Source: Bacteroidales bacterium
Lineage (GTDB): Bacteria; Bacteroidota; Bacteroidia; Bacteroidales; WCHB1-69
Length of the DNA stretch: 64,000 nucleotides
Assembly (NCBI GenBank): GCA_017525505.1
Contig: JAFXSR010000046.1
Span: 1,520 to 65,519, forward strand
Direction of reading: 5' to 3'
A program made the position numbers and the translations under genes. Shown in pieces: positions 44,061-53,190 of this stretch. The notes below the pieces were generated by a model, which was not told where the DNA came from, made no database searches, and worked only from the letters and a program-made list of their open reading frames with translations. Position 1 is the stretch's first letter. Every line of letters starts with the position of its first letter.

Positions 44061-44621
44061 ATGTTACGCGAAAAGGTTTTCAAGCGAAAGAACAGCACGA
44101 ATCTTAACAGCCCTTTCATAAAATACGGCTGTGAGATTGTCAAATACCAACCTCAATACTATAAGGATGGTGTTTATACCAAAAACGAATGGACTTCTGT
44201 TAGCGACATCGGGAGAAGCTTTGACGGGGAAGTGTTGACCAAAGAGGAATATCTGAGAGTCGAGTCCGCATACGTTGATACCGTAAAAGAACTTTTGGAA
44301 GTTTCGGGTGTCAAGTTCTTGACGATTGTTGATCCAAGCACTTTTTATTTGCATCGAGAAAAGGCGTTTAACAAAGAGAACAAAGCTATGTATCAGATCG
44401 TTCCCTCTTTGAAAGAGGGGCAACGCATAGCAACTTCCAAGATAGATACGGTTTTGAAAGCTTGTTTGAGGGAATTGTTCTGGTGTGCATTGGTAAACGA
44501 GGCCAAAAAACTGCAAGTGGATGTTGGATATGACTATTACCTTCATTTTCACAGCCGCTTGCCGGAAGAGACCATCAGCAAAATTGCCCGAAGTCACGGG
44601 TTATATTGTAACCCGCGATAA
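44061..44621 (+). CDS. Hypothetical protein
   Basis: Open frame with ATG at MLREK; the track starts at an upstream GTG. No recognisable motif. Confidence 0.4.
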   Translation: MLREKVFKRKNSTNLNSPFIKYGCEIVKYQPQYYKDGVYTKNEWTSVSDIGRSFDGEVLTKEEYLRVESAYVDTVKELLEVSGVKFLTIVDPSTFYLHREKAFNKENKAMYQIVPSLKEGQRIATSKIDTVLKACLRELFWCALVNEAKKLQVDVGYDYYLHFHSRLPEETISKIARSHGLYCNPR

Positions 44622-44696
44622 ACAGTTTGAGAACTGGAAATTGGACTTACTTAAAAATAATTATCGACCTACACATTGATATCAAAACGACTGATT

Positions 44697-45239
44697 ATGA
44701 TTGACCAAATTATTGAATACAACAAGACATTCGTGGCGCAGAAGGGCTACGAGAAGTATATCACCGACAAGTACCCCGACAAGAAGTTAGCGGTGCTGTC
44801 GTGCATGGACACGCGACTGACGGAGCTGCTGCCCGCCGCCCTCGGACTGAAAAATGGCGACGCGAAGATCATCAAAAATGCGGGAGGACTGGTGATCTCC
44901 GCCTTCGACTCCGCCATGCGCAGCTTGATTGTGGCCATCTACGAGTTGGGTGTACAGGAAATTATGGTGGTAGCACACTCACACTGCGGTGCCTGCCACA
45001 TGAGCTACGACCACTTCCACCATGAGATGATTGCCCGCGGCGTGACGGACGAGACCCTCGACACCATACGCAAGTGCGGCATCAAACTTGACCACTGGTT
45101 AGAGGGTTTCAAGGATACCCCAACTTCCGTTCGCAAGACTGTGGAGACCATCCGCACCCACCCGCTCGTCCCGAAGGACATCGTGGTGCGAGGGTTCATC
45201 ATTGACTCGGAGACAGGGGCGTTGGAAGAGATTCAATAA
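44697..45239 (+). CDS. Beta-class carbonic anhydrase
   Basis: Start set at MIDQIIEYNK. The zinc ligand motifs are LSCMDTR and HSHCGA. Confidence 0.8.
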   Translation: MIDQIIEYNKTFVAQKGYEKYITDKYPDKKLAVLSCMDTRLTELLPAALGLKNGDAKIIKNAGGLVISAFDSAMRSLIVAIYELGVQEIMVVAHSHCGACHMSYDHFHHEMIARGVTDETLDTIRKCGIKLDHWLEGFKDTPTSVRKTVETIRTHPLVPKDIVVRGFIIDSETGALEEIQ

Positions 45240-45240
45240 T

Positions 45241-45480
45241 GGTGGCCTGCCCTACATCGAGGTGGTGGAAGAAGCACTCTGTTTTGGATGAATCGACTCA
45301 ACAGTCAAGCGGCTGTCTGACGGAAGGTTGGCGCAACGCCTCTCGCCGCGCCGCAAAGGCAGTCACTGGACGGAACTGAACCGGCAACGCTGCGCCGACC
45401 TGGAACACCGCAGACTGATGACGGAGGCGGGACGGAAAGCGATAGAAGACTCTCTGACTATGGGTTCGGATTGCCTATAA
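45241..45480 (+). pseudogene. YdeI/OmdA-family (DUF1801-associated) gene remnant
   Basis: The frame reads GGLPYIEVVEEALCFG*IDSTVKRLSDGRLAQRLSPRRKGSHWTELNRQRCADLEHRRLMTEAGRKAIEDSL. The family motif EALCFGWIDS is broken by TGG to TGA at 45289-45291, and the N-terminal half is missing. Confidence 0.55.
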
Positions 45481-45560
45481 TCGAACCGTATCATCAAAAC
45501 ACCGCATGAATATCTGCGAAAAATAAAAACGTGGAAATAAAGAACTTTGGAAGAATAAGC

Positions 45561-46004
45561 ATGGCTAGGCTTCCGCTGGCCATAATGGTAGTGGCTTGCA
45601 GCCTGCTGCTGACGGCTTGTCACAGTTACAGCCGGCTGGTGAATGGGAGCAGTGTTAGGGCAGTGGCGGACAGTGTGTGGACCTACAGTCTCAGTCACCC
45701 CGACGGCTTTACGATGAACCTAGCCACGATGACGGAACCCACAGTGGGCGTTGTGGTTGCCTACGCCGCCACACAGGGTTGCCACTCCCGCAAACAACTT
45801 GGCCGTGTGGTGCGGCACGCCATACGTCACGATGGCTATGTGGGCGGCTGGCTCGACACCTCCGACAGTCTTTACCACTTCGACAGTTCCCGCCTTTTCC
45901 CTGAAGACTCCATCGCCGCCGCCATCCGTTTTGGCGTTAAAAACAAACAGCTTGCAGTGTATGTGCTGTCAAAAGGGGCCGAAATCCGATTGAATACTCG
46001 ATAA
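45561..46004 (+). CDS. Hypothetical lipoprotein
   Basis: Start set at MARLPLAIMVVACSLLLTAC (lipobox). Confidence 0.45.
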   Translation: MARLPLAIMVVACSLLLTACHSYSRLVNGSSVRAVADSVWTYSLSHPDGFTMNLATMTEPTVGVVVAYAATQGCHSRKQLGRVVRHAIRHDGYVGGWLDTSDSLYHFDSSRLFPEDSIAAAIRFGVKNKQLAVYVLSKGAEIRLNTR

Positions 46005-46022
46005 ACTTTCAAGTCCCATTTT

Positions 46023-47561
46023 TTAGAACCCCACTTTCACCCCAAAGTGGATTTTTCCTGTCTTGAACGAGATAGGACTATTGTGTTGATGTCCAAGAGC
46101 ATAGCTTAGATAGAACATACCCGCTTTGGTATCGAAAGACAGTCCCAATCCAAAACCAAAGGGAAAATCATGAAAATAATTGTCCGGAATATTGCGCTCG
46201 TACCATGCGGCATTGAAGAAAGCATTGATATAGGAACGCTTGGCAAACAGAAAACGCAACTCCGTCAGAGCAATGGCATACGAGGAACAATAGAGCGCCT
46301 TCTCGTCAAAGCCCTGTAAGGAATTCATGCCGCCGATGCGGTACAATTCATTCATGTAATGATAATTACCGAACATTGTCCCCCCGTTGGCACCTAACAC
46401 CAGCACCCAGCGGCGATGAAGCGGAACAAAGCCCATCAGCTCCCCCCGTAAGCGATAAGAACTCGACCGCATTTCCAGCCCCTCGTAAAACGACTCGTCG
46501 GCCTTGGCATTCCTGACTATTTTGCGTCGCCCCACACTGCCGTCTATCAGAAAAGAAACACCTTTCCGAGGATTATAAATATAATCCAACCTCCTGATAT
46601 TAAATTCGATACCATACATAGACTTGTTATAATCCATCAAACCTGAAGACGGCGACAAAGCCGAAGCCGCCAGAACACGCGAGGTGGTGTAATCAAAATA
46701 AACTTTGGCGTAGCTATTCCCCATAAAAGAGTACTGCAAGCCAATCAAGTAATTCATGTTCAGATAGCTGGTATCTTTTTTGTCCAACAAAAACTGGCCA
46801 TCCACCCCCAGTGGTGTGCGGAACAGGTACGGAAAGTTCAGCGCCACCGTCAGATTCTGCGAATAACGCTCTGTGCTGCGCCATTGCAGGGCAATGCGCT
46901 CCCCTATCTTGAACAAATTCCGCAAATCCAGATTCAGCTCGCCGTTCAGCGACACTTTGCCAGTGCGGTCATCCACGGGCACCAAGCCGATATAGCCATC
47001 AAACTGACTGCATTTCCGTCTGTTAAGATAGAGATATAGATAACATTTGTCGTTGACAAACTCGATGGACGAAGGTGCCGCCTCCGTCACAAAAGGCAAT
47101 TCCGCCAGTTTGGAAGGTATATCCGCCACCACACTCTCCCTGTACCCCTTCTTACGCCGCCATCCTAGATACGGATAGAGATAACTTCTTGATAGTTTGG
47201 CATCTCCGCTCACAATAATGCTGTCGAACACCACATACTCATGCCTATCCACCACCAACTTGGCGGAGGCTTGTCGTTCCTCCATCCCGAGACTGTCCAA
47301 GCGCACCTCCACAAAAGGAAAACCGTTATTTTCGTAATACGAGACAATCTGCTGCGAGAACCTCGGATAGTCTTCCAAATTCAGCAAATCATGACGGCAA
47401 AACGACAAAGTGTTGGATTGGCGCAATAGCTGGTAAGTCGCCGAGTCAATAGACAAAGCCACCGCATAATGCGGTTTTTTCCCTTTATTTTGACCAAATG
47501 CCGAAACAAGGCCAAAGACAAAGATGAGCAGCAAAATTGTAAATCTATTTATTCTCAACAA
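46023..47561 (-). CDS. Omp85-superfamily outer-membrane beta-barrel with POTRA region (ShlB/FhaC/BamA-like)
   Basis: 512 aa. It has a signal sequence, a POTRA-like YYENNGFPFVEVRL, and alternating beta-strand patterns ending in the aromatic C-terminus ...HFGVKVGF. The start codon is TTG. Confidence 0.6.
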   Translation of the reverse strand: MLRINRFTILLLIFVFGLVSAFGQNKGKKPHYAVALSIDSATYQLLRQSNTLSFCRHDLLNLEDYPRFSQQIVSYYENNGFPFVEVRLDSLGMEERQASAKLVVDRHEYVVFDSIIVSGDAKLSRSYLYPYLGWRRKKGYRESVVADIPSKLAELPFVTEAAPSSIEFVNDKCYLYLYLNRRKCSQFDGYIGLVPVDDRTGKVSLNGELNLDLRNLFKIGERIALQWRSTERYSQNLTVALNFPYLFRTPLGVDGQFLLDKKDTSYLNMNYLIGLQYSFMGNSYAKVYFDYTTSRVLAASALSPSSGLMDYNKSMYGIEFNIRRLDYIYNPRKGVSFLIDGSVGRRKIVRNAKADESFYEGLEMRSSSYRLRGELMGFVPLHRRWVLVLGANGGTMFGNYHYMNELYRIGGMNSLQGFDEKALYCSSYAIALTELRFLFAKRSYINAFFNAAWYERNIPDNYFHDFPFGFGLGLSFDTKAGMFYLSYALGHQHNSPISFKTGKIHFGVKVGF

Positions 47562-47617
47562 CTTATTGTTCTTTTTAATTATTGATATAATATAAAACTA
47601 CAAATTACGTTTTTTAT

Positions 47618-47625
47618 TATCTTTG
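47618..47625 (+). promoter_or_regulatory. Bacteroidota -7 promoter box (TATCTTTG)
   Basis: tatctttg lies 23 nt upstream of the ATG at 47648. Confidence 0.5.
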
Positions 47626-47647
47626 CAAAATTAAAAAAAAAGACGAT

Positions 47648-47788
47648 ATGAAGAAGATAATGATTGTAATTGCTATGGTTTTTGCCGGACTTTTGGTATT
47701 CTCAGCATGTGACACACAACACAAATGCGCCGCTTACGGTCACTATACCGAGGTGGTGAATGTGGATGACAACAGCAACCAGCTCTAA
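47648..47788 (+). CDS. Small lipoprotein (46 aa, below the ORF-track cut-off)
   Basis: Hand translation gives MKKIMIVIAMVFAGLLVFSACDTQHKCAAYGHYTEVVNVDDNSNQL. It has a lipobox and a promoter box at the correct distance. Confidence 0.4.
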   Translation: MKKIMIVIAMVFAGLLVFSACDTQHKCAAYGHYTEVVNVDDNSNQL

Positions 47789-47796
47789 GCCCAAGG

Positions 47797-48573
47797 ATGG
47801 TGTCCGGTGAAAAAAAGACAGCTCCCATCGTCAAAGCAAGTCTGCTTGCAGGCGTGCTGATGGTTCTTGTTTTGGTCTCACGGGCACAAGACGTAGCCGA
47901 CTCCACCGAGCATGTGGTCACCGCCAAGGAATGGAATTTCAATCTCGAAATCAACACTTCGGGAGCAGGGCTGTGGTTTCAGTACGGATGGACACCGGAC
48001 TACTACAACAAGCACTTTGTGGAAGTGGGCGGTGTGTACAACCGGCATCCGAAGGCAGTGCGGGTCAAAAGTGCCCTTTACAACGGCAGCACCTCATTCT
48101 GTTACGGGAAACTATGCGACCTCTTTCTGTTGCGGGCAGGCTACGGCTACCAACGCACCATTCACCACAAGCCCTATTGGGGCGGGGTCAGCATCCGCTA
48201 CTCGCTGTCGGCTGGTCTTTCGCTGGGACTGGTGTTCCCCACCTATCTGCGAGTGGTTGATGACTACGGCTTTGTTAAAGTGCAAAGGTATGATCCTGAT
48301 GAGATTGACGCATCAGAAATCATAGGTCATGCTCCATTCTGGACCAACTTGTCCCATATCAGCTATCCACATCCGGGATTTTATGGCAAAACGGGCTTTG
48401 CGTTCGACTTCAGCAAAAAAGACCAAACCATCCACGCACTGGAAATTGGCATTTGCATCGACATGATTTTCCCTTACGTGCAACAGATGGCCTTCAACAA
48501 AGCCAAACCCTTCTACCTCGCTGCCTACCTTTCGTATGACGTGGGCAAAAAGAAGAAGATTTATGAGAGATGA
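47797..48573 (+). CDS. Hypothetical secreted / outer-membrane protein
   Basis: 258 aa with a signal peptide (…VLVLVSRAQD). The sequence is rich in G/Y/aromatic alternating segments suggestive of a small beta-barrel. Confidence 0.45.
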   Translation: MVSGEKKTAPIVKASLLAGVLMVLVLVSRAQDVADSTEHVVTAKEWNFNLEINTSGAGLWFQYGWTPDYYNKHFVEVGGVYNRHPKAVRVKSALYNGSTSFCYGKLCDLFLLRAGYGYQRTIHHKPYWGGVSIRYSLSAGLSLGLVFPTYLRVVDDYGFVKVQRYDPDEIDASEIIGHAPFWTNLSHISYPHPGFYGKTGFAFDFSKKDQTIHALEIGICIDMIFPYVQQMAFNKAKPFYLAAYLSYDVGKKKKIYER

Positions 48574-48580
48574 TGATATT

Positions 48581-48793
48581 AGGTGGAAAGTAGAAAGTGG
48601 GAGGTGGGAGAATTTAAGAATTAAGAACTGAAAACTGAAAACTGAAAACTGAAAGTTCTTTTTAATGTGCCAATTAACAATGTGCTAATGTGCCAATTAA
48701 ACGGAAAACGGAAAGTTGTCAAAAGATATGTGATAAAAAACAAATCAACAAATAAACAAATAAACAAATCAACAATTAAACAAATCAACAACA
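48581..48793. repeat. Longest drifting tandem word array (periods 7 and 8), filling the whole spacer up to the glyA ATG
   Basis: The units are aggtgga/aagtaga/aagtggg/aggtggg/agaattt/aagaatt/aagaact/gaaaact x3/gaaagtt, then ...aatgtgccaattaac..., acggaaa x2, then ...aacaaatc/aacaaata x2/aacaaatc/aacaatta/aacaaatc. Confidence 0.85.
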
Positions 48794-50074
48794 ATGACAA
48801 GAGACACACAAATTTTTGATCTCATTCAGAAAGAAAGAATCCGTCAGACGAACGGTATTGAATTAATCGCTTCAGAAAACTTTGTAAGCGATCAAGTTAT
48901 GGAAGCCATGGGTTCTGTGATGACCAACAAATACGCCGAAGGCTATCCTGGAAAACGTTACTATGGCGGTTGCCAGATTGTGGACCAGAGCGAAACCATC
49001 GCCATTGAGAGAGCCAAAGAGCTCTATGGCGCATGCTGGGCCAACGTACAGCCTCACAGTGGTGCCCAGGCCAACATGGCCGTTTTCTTGGCTTGCCTCA
49101 ACAGTGGCGACACTTTCATGGGCATGGACCTGAACCACGGCGGTCACCTCTCACACGGCAGCCCCGTCAACTTCAGCGGTATCAACTACAAAGTGGTGGG
49201 TTACCAGGTGAAAGAAGAGACTGGCACAGTAGATTACGAAGACATGGAGAAGAAAGCGCTCGAGTTCCGTCCGAAACTGATCATCGGCGGTGGTTCAGCA
49301 TATAGCCGTGACTGGGATTGGGCTAAGATGCGCGAGATTGCCGACAAAATCGGTGCCATCCTGATGGGCGACATCAGCCACCCCAGCGGACTTATCGCCA
49401 AAGGTTACCTGAACAATGCCTTGAAATACTGCCATATCGTCACTACCACCACCCACAAAACCCTCCGTGGACCTCGTGGCGGTCTGATTCTGATGGGCCA
49501 GGATTTCGACAATCCTTGGGGCAAAACCACCCCGAAGGGTGAAATCAAGAAGATGAGTGCCCTGCTCGACAGCGCCGTGTTCCCCGGCACACAGGGTGGT
49601 CCCCTCGAACATGTGATCGCCGCCAAGGCAGTGGCTTTCGGTGAAGCATTGACCGACGACTACGACCGCTACATCCAGCAGGTGATGAAAAACGCCAAGA
49701 CCATGTGCGCCGCCTTCATCGACAAGGGTTACAAGGTTATCAGCAACGGTACCGACAACCACCTGATGCTCATCGACCTCCGCACCAAATTCCCCGAAAT
49801 GACCGGTAAGGAAGCTGAGAACGCATTGGTATCCGCCGACATCACCGTGAACAAGAACATGGTTCCTTTCGATAGCCGTAGCGCATTCAAGACCAGCGGT
49901 TTGCGTGTGGGTACTCCCGCTATCACCACCCGTGGCCTCAAAGAAAACGAAATGGGCGAGATCGTTGAACTGATCGACGACGTATTGAGCCATCTCAACG
50001 ACACCACCGTGGTTGACAAGGTAAGAGCCAAAGTCAACAGCATGATGTCCAACCGTCCTTTGTTCGCTTGGTAA
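48794..50074 (+). CDS. glyA: Serine hydroxymethyltransferase
   Basis: [26 protein letters not shown], and [14 protein letters not shown] (PLP lysine). Confidence 0.92.
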   Translation: MTRDTQIFDLIQKERIRQTNGIELIASENFVSDQVMEAMGSVMTNKYAEGYPGKRYYGGCQIVDQSETIAIERAKELYGACWANVQPHSGAQANMAVFLACLNSGDTFMGMDLNHGGHLSHGSPVNFSGINYKVVGYQVKEETGTVDYEDMEKKALEFRPKLIIGGGSAYSRDWDWAKMREIADKIGAILMGDISHPSGLIAKGYLNNALKYCHIVTTTTHKTLRGPRGGLILMGQDFDNPWGKTTPKGEIKKMSALLDSAVFPGTQGGPLEHVIAAKAVAFGEALTDDYDRYIQQVMKNAKTMCAAFIDKGYKVISNGTDNHLMLIDLRTKFPEMTGKEAENALVSADITVNKNMVPFDSRSAFKTSGLRVGTPAITTRGLKENEMGEIVELIDDVLSHLNDTTVVDKVRAKVNSMMSNRPLFAW

Positions 50075-50187
50075 TATCTGAAAACACTTGAATCACAGGA
50101 CTTTGCTATTGGAACAATAGGCTGCACAAGCATAAAAAGTCTCGGGCAAAGTCCCGTGATTTCCTAAACTAAAACCAACTGTCAATA

Positions 50188-51423
50188 GTGGAAATCAACA
50201 CACGAGCCATCAAGCAGCGTTTCGGTATCATCGGTTTTGATCCCGAATTGGACCGTGCCATCAGCATAGCGGTACAGGTGGCCCCCACCGACCTGTCGGT
50301 GCTGATTACCGGCGAGAGCGGTGTGGGTAAGGAGAATTTCCCGAAAATCATCCACGAGCATAGTCCCCGCAAACACGGTCCATACATTGCCGTCAACTGC
50401 GGAGCTATCCCAGAAGGCACCATCGACTCGGAGCTTTTCGGCCATGTAAAAGGCGCTTTCACCGGGGCTACCGAGGATCACAAGGGGTATTTCGAGATGG
50501 CCGACGGCGGCACCATTTTCCTAGACGAGGTCGGTGACCTGCCCCTGGCCACACAAGTCCGCCTGCTCAGGGTTCTGGAAACCGGTGAGTTCCTGCGGGT
50601 GGGCTCTGCCAAAGTGCAGAAAACCAATGTCCGCGTGGTGTCTGCCACCAACATCAACCTGGCTAACCACATCGCCAAGGCCAAGTTCAGAGAGGACCTC
50701 TACTACCGACTTAACACCGTGCCTATTACCGTGCCGGCCTTGCGCGAGCGCAAAGGCGATATCTTCCTGCTGTTCACTAAGTTCGCCTCCGATTTCGCCG
50801 AGAAATACCATTTCCCGCAAATCACCCTGACCGAAGGAGCCAAGGAAGCCCTGACCAACTACGGCTGGCCCGGAAATGTGCGCCAGCTGAAGAACGTGAC
50901 CGAGCAGATGTCGCTGATAGAGCAGAAACGCCTGATCGACGAGGTGACCATCGCCAAGTACCTGACCAGCCCTACCCCATCGCAGCTGCCCGCTTTGCTG
51001 CCTTCCGAAAACAGTCATCACGAGCAGTTCGAACGAGAGCTGATTTTCAAGTTCCTGTCGGACATGAAACGCGAAGTGGGCGAACTGCGCGAACTGGTAC
51101 ACCATGTTATCGCCGGCGACCTGAAGCCATCTGAATTACAGCAAGACTATCAGCACATCCACCCTGTCAAGACACCACCGGTCATGTACGACCTGCCAGC
51201 AGACGATACCACCATCTCCATCAGTAAGGAAAACATCGACAAATCAGAGCCTTTCCAAGAGTCTGAAATCATCGAAGACACCCATTATTCTCTGGTGGAC
51301 AACGAGAAAGAAATGATTATCAAGGCTTTGCAAAAACACAACAACAAACGTTCCGCCGCTGCCCAGGAACTGGGCATCTCGGAAAGAACGCTGTACCGAA
51401 AAATCAAGGAGATGGGAATTTGA
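50188..51423 (+). CDS. Sigma-54-dependent Fis-family transcriptional activator (no receiver domain)
   Basis: The AAA+ motifs are VLITGESGVGKE and GGTIFLDEVGDL; also present are GSAKVQKTNVRVVSATN and the C-terminal HTH AAAQELGISERTLYRKIKE. The start is GTG. Confidence 0.85.
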   Translation: MEINTRAIKQRFGIIGFDPELDRAISIAVQVAPTDLSVLITGESGVGKENFPKIIHEHSPRKHGPYIAVNCGAIPEGTIDSELFGHVKGAFTGATEDHKGYFEMADGGTIFLDEVGDLPLATQVRLLRVLETGEFLRVGSAKVQKTNVRVVSATNINLANHIAKAKFREDLYYRLNTVPITVPALRERKGDIFLLFTKFASDFAEKYHFPQITLTEGAKEALTNYGWPGNVRQLKNVTEQMSLIEQKRLIDEVTIAKYLTSPTPSQLPALLPSENSHHEQFERELIFKFLSDMKREVGELRELVHHVIAGDLKPSELQQDYQHIHPVKTPPVMYDLPADDTTISISKENIDKSEPFQESEIIEDTHYSLVDNEKEMIIKALQKHNNKRSAAAQELGISERTLYRKIKEMGI

Positions 51424-51532
51424 AAAAACTGAAAACTGAAAGTTAACAATTAAGGGGGAGATGGTGTGAAGATTATTGGATTATTAGATGATGGATTTAG
51501 GATTAAACATTAAACTCTAAACATTAAACAAA
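51424..51532. repeat. Tandem word array filling the sigma54-activator / lptE spacer
   Basis: The units are aaaaact/gaaaact/gaaagtt, then ...gattattg/gattatta/gatgatg/gatttag/gattaaa/cattaaa/ctctaaa/cattaaa. Confidence 0.8.
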
Positions 51533-51538
51533 TACCTC

Positions 51539-52066
51539 ATGAGTTGCTGTGGAAGGATTCGAAAGTTGACAATCATCATTTTGATGATATCAAGTATAGT
51601 GCTGTCGGGCTGCCGTATGACCGTATCCCTGACGGGCGGCAACATCGACCCGAGAGCCAAAACGGTATTGGTACAGACTTTCAACAACAACTCATCGTTG
51701 GTCAATCCCACACTCAGTCAGGATTTCACCACCGCCCTCAAAAACAGGATCCAGAATCAGACTCCTCTCACCATCATCAACAACGGCAATGGAGACTACA
51801 CGCTGGAAGGGGAAATCACCAATTATACCATCACCCCTATAGCCATTCAAGGCAACGATGCCGCCGCCATGAACCGGCTTACCATCACGGTGCGTGTGCG
51901 GTTCATCAACAGTTTAGACGAGAACCAGAGTTTTGACCAGACATTCTCACGCTATGCCGACTATAACAGCTCTCTTAATTTCACAGCCGTGGAAAACACT
52001 TTGGTCACCGAAATTAACGATGCCCTAACAGAGGACATCTTCAACAAAGCATTTGTCAACTGGTAA
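51539..52066 (+). CDS. lptE: LptE-family lipoprotein
   Basis: It has a lipobox (VLSGC). PRAKTVLVQTFNNNSSLVNPTLSQDFTTALKNRIQNQTPL...NRLTITVRVRF...DIFNKAFVNW follows the Bacteroidota LptE pattern, and the synteny is conserved (sigma54 activator upstream, secG downstream). Confidence 0.65.
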   Translation: MSCCGRIRKLTIIILMISSIVLSGCRMTVSLTGGNIDPRAKTVLVQTFNNNSSLVNPTLSQDFTTALKNRIQNQTPLTIINNGNGDYTLEGEITNYTITPIAIQGNDAAAMNRLTITVRVRFINSLDENQSFDQTFSRYADYNSSLNFTAVENTLVTEINDALTEDIFNKAFVNW

Positions 52067-52068
52067 TT

Positions 52069-52833
52069 ATGGAAAATATCTTTATCGGCAACTATATCGG
52101 CACTGAACTTTCGGCCAACGATCCAGGCAAACTGCTGAGCTACTACCATCAGCAGTACCCCTGTTCGAATGTTCTCTCCATGCTCTATCTCAAGATGCTA
52201 GAAGATGAGCGCCCCAAAGATTACGAGAAAAACAAGTCCGAACTCCTGCTGTCTGTCTATAACCGCAACAAATTCCACCAGTACCGCCTAAGCCTGCTGC
52301 AAAACCCCATTCGTTCCCTCCCGGAAGAGAAAAAAACTGACCCAATCGCTTTCGTCCCACCCCAGCACGTCCAAGAGGCCGCCACAAACGCTGTCAGTGC
52401 CGACACTTCTGTCATCGACGAAGTACGGAAAATCATTGAGAGAAAGCCCGAAGAAACCACAGATGACGACGCAAGCGGCAAAGTGAATTATGACGTGGTA
52501 GTGGCCAAAAACTTCGATGCCCCAACCATCAACCTGGAAGACGACCAGTCCACCGTCATCGACTCATTGATTGCAAAATTCGGAGGCAATCCTTCCACAA
52601 TCAAAAAAGCCGCCCTCATCCACGAACCGCTCGCCAACTACTCGGAAGGCAGCCTGGACGAAGACGAAGAGATTGTAAGTCTAACATTAGCAATGATTTA
52701 CGCAGACCAAGGCTATCCCGGAAAGGCCACCAAGATGCTCCAAAAATTAAGCTTGATTTTTCCGGAAAAAAATAGTATCTTTGCAAGTCATATTGAATTG
52801 ATCAAAAACGGAAAATATAATCAAATAAATTAA
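52069..52833 (+). CDS. Hypothetical protein (conserved lptE-secG spacer gene)
   Basis: 254-aa ORF tightly packed between lptE and secG. No confident motif. Confidence 0.45.
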   Translation: MENIFIGNYIGTELSANDPGKLLSYYHQQYPCSNVLSMLYLKMLEDERPKDYEKNKSELLLSVYNRNKFHQYRLSLLQNPIRSLPEEKKTDPIAFVPPQHVQEAATNAVSADTSVIDEVRKIIERKPEETTDDDASGKVNYDVVVAKNFDAPTINLEDDQSTVIDSLIAKFGGNPSTIKKAALIHEPLANYSEGSLDEDEEIVSLTLAMIYADQGYPGKATKMLQKLSLIFPEKNSIFASHIELIKNGKYNQIN

Positions 52834-52839
52834 AAAGAA

Positions 52840-53130
52840 ATGTTGACATTAGTAGTTGTATTAGTTGTTATCGCCTGTATTATTCTGGCCTTTATCGTAT
52901 TGATTCAGAACTCCAAAGGTGGCGGTCTGGCTTCCAACTTCGCAGGTTCCAACCAGATTATGGGTGTGAGAAAAACCACGGACTTTCTGGAGAAGGCCAC
53001 TTGGGGTCTGGCGGCATTCATCATGGTGCTGTGCTTTGTTTGCGCTTTCCTGGTGAAGAACGAGTTCAAAGCCAACGATCCTTACGCAGGCACTCAGACC
53101 GAGCAGGTGGACGATACCACTGAAGAATAA
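52840..53130 (+). CDS. secG: Preprotein translocase subunit SecG
   Basis: 96 aa with two TM helices. It contains LIQNSKGGGLASNFAG. Confidence 0.8.
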   Translation: MLTLVVVLVVIACIILAFIVLIQNSKGGGLASNFAGSNQIMGVRKTTDFLEKATWGLAAFIMVLCFVCAFLVKNEFKANDPYAGTQTEQVDDTTEE

Positions 53131-53156
53131 CAGCTCAATCAAGGATTTAACTTAGA

Positions 53157-53185
53157 AAGAGGATTTCAACATCCTCTTTTTTTTT
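53157..53185 (+). terminator. Rho-independent terminator after secG
   Basis: The stem is aaagaggat / atcctcttt with loop ttcaac, followed by a T-run. Confidence 0.8.
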
Positions 53186-53190
53186 GAAAA

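Noticed and set aside
45363-45698. 111-aa minus-strand ORF between the carbonic anhydrase and the lipoprotein gene
   Set aside because: The plus strand here reads as a YdeI-family remnant followed by a lipoprotein start. The minus-strand ORF has no start context or motif.
48581-48793. Tandem word arrays considered as CRISPR arrays or as classical VNTR contingency loci
   Set aside because: The units are 7-8 nt with no unique spacers, there are no cas genes, and the arrays are mostly not within 5' coding regions. They are kept as an unexplained repeat class rather than as CRISPR or a phase-variation switch.
50093-50159. Nested hairpin downstream of glyA (tcacaggactttgc ... gcaaagtcccgtga enclosing ctattg-gaa-caatag)
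   Set aside because: It could be a terminator or a small RNA element, but there is no U-tract, one stem mismatch and a long loop. I cannot assign it with confidence from sequence alone.
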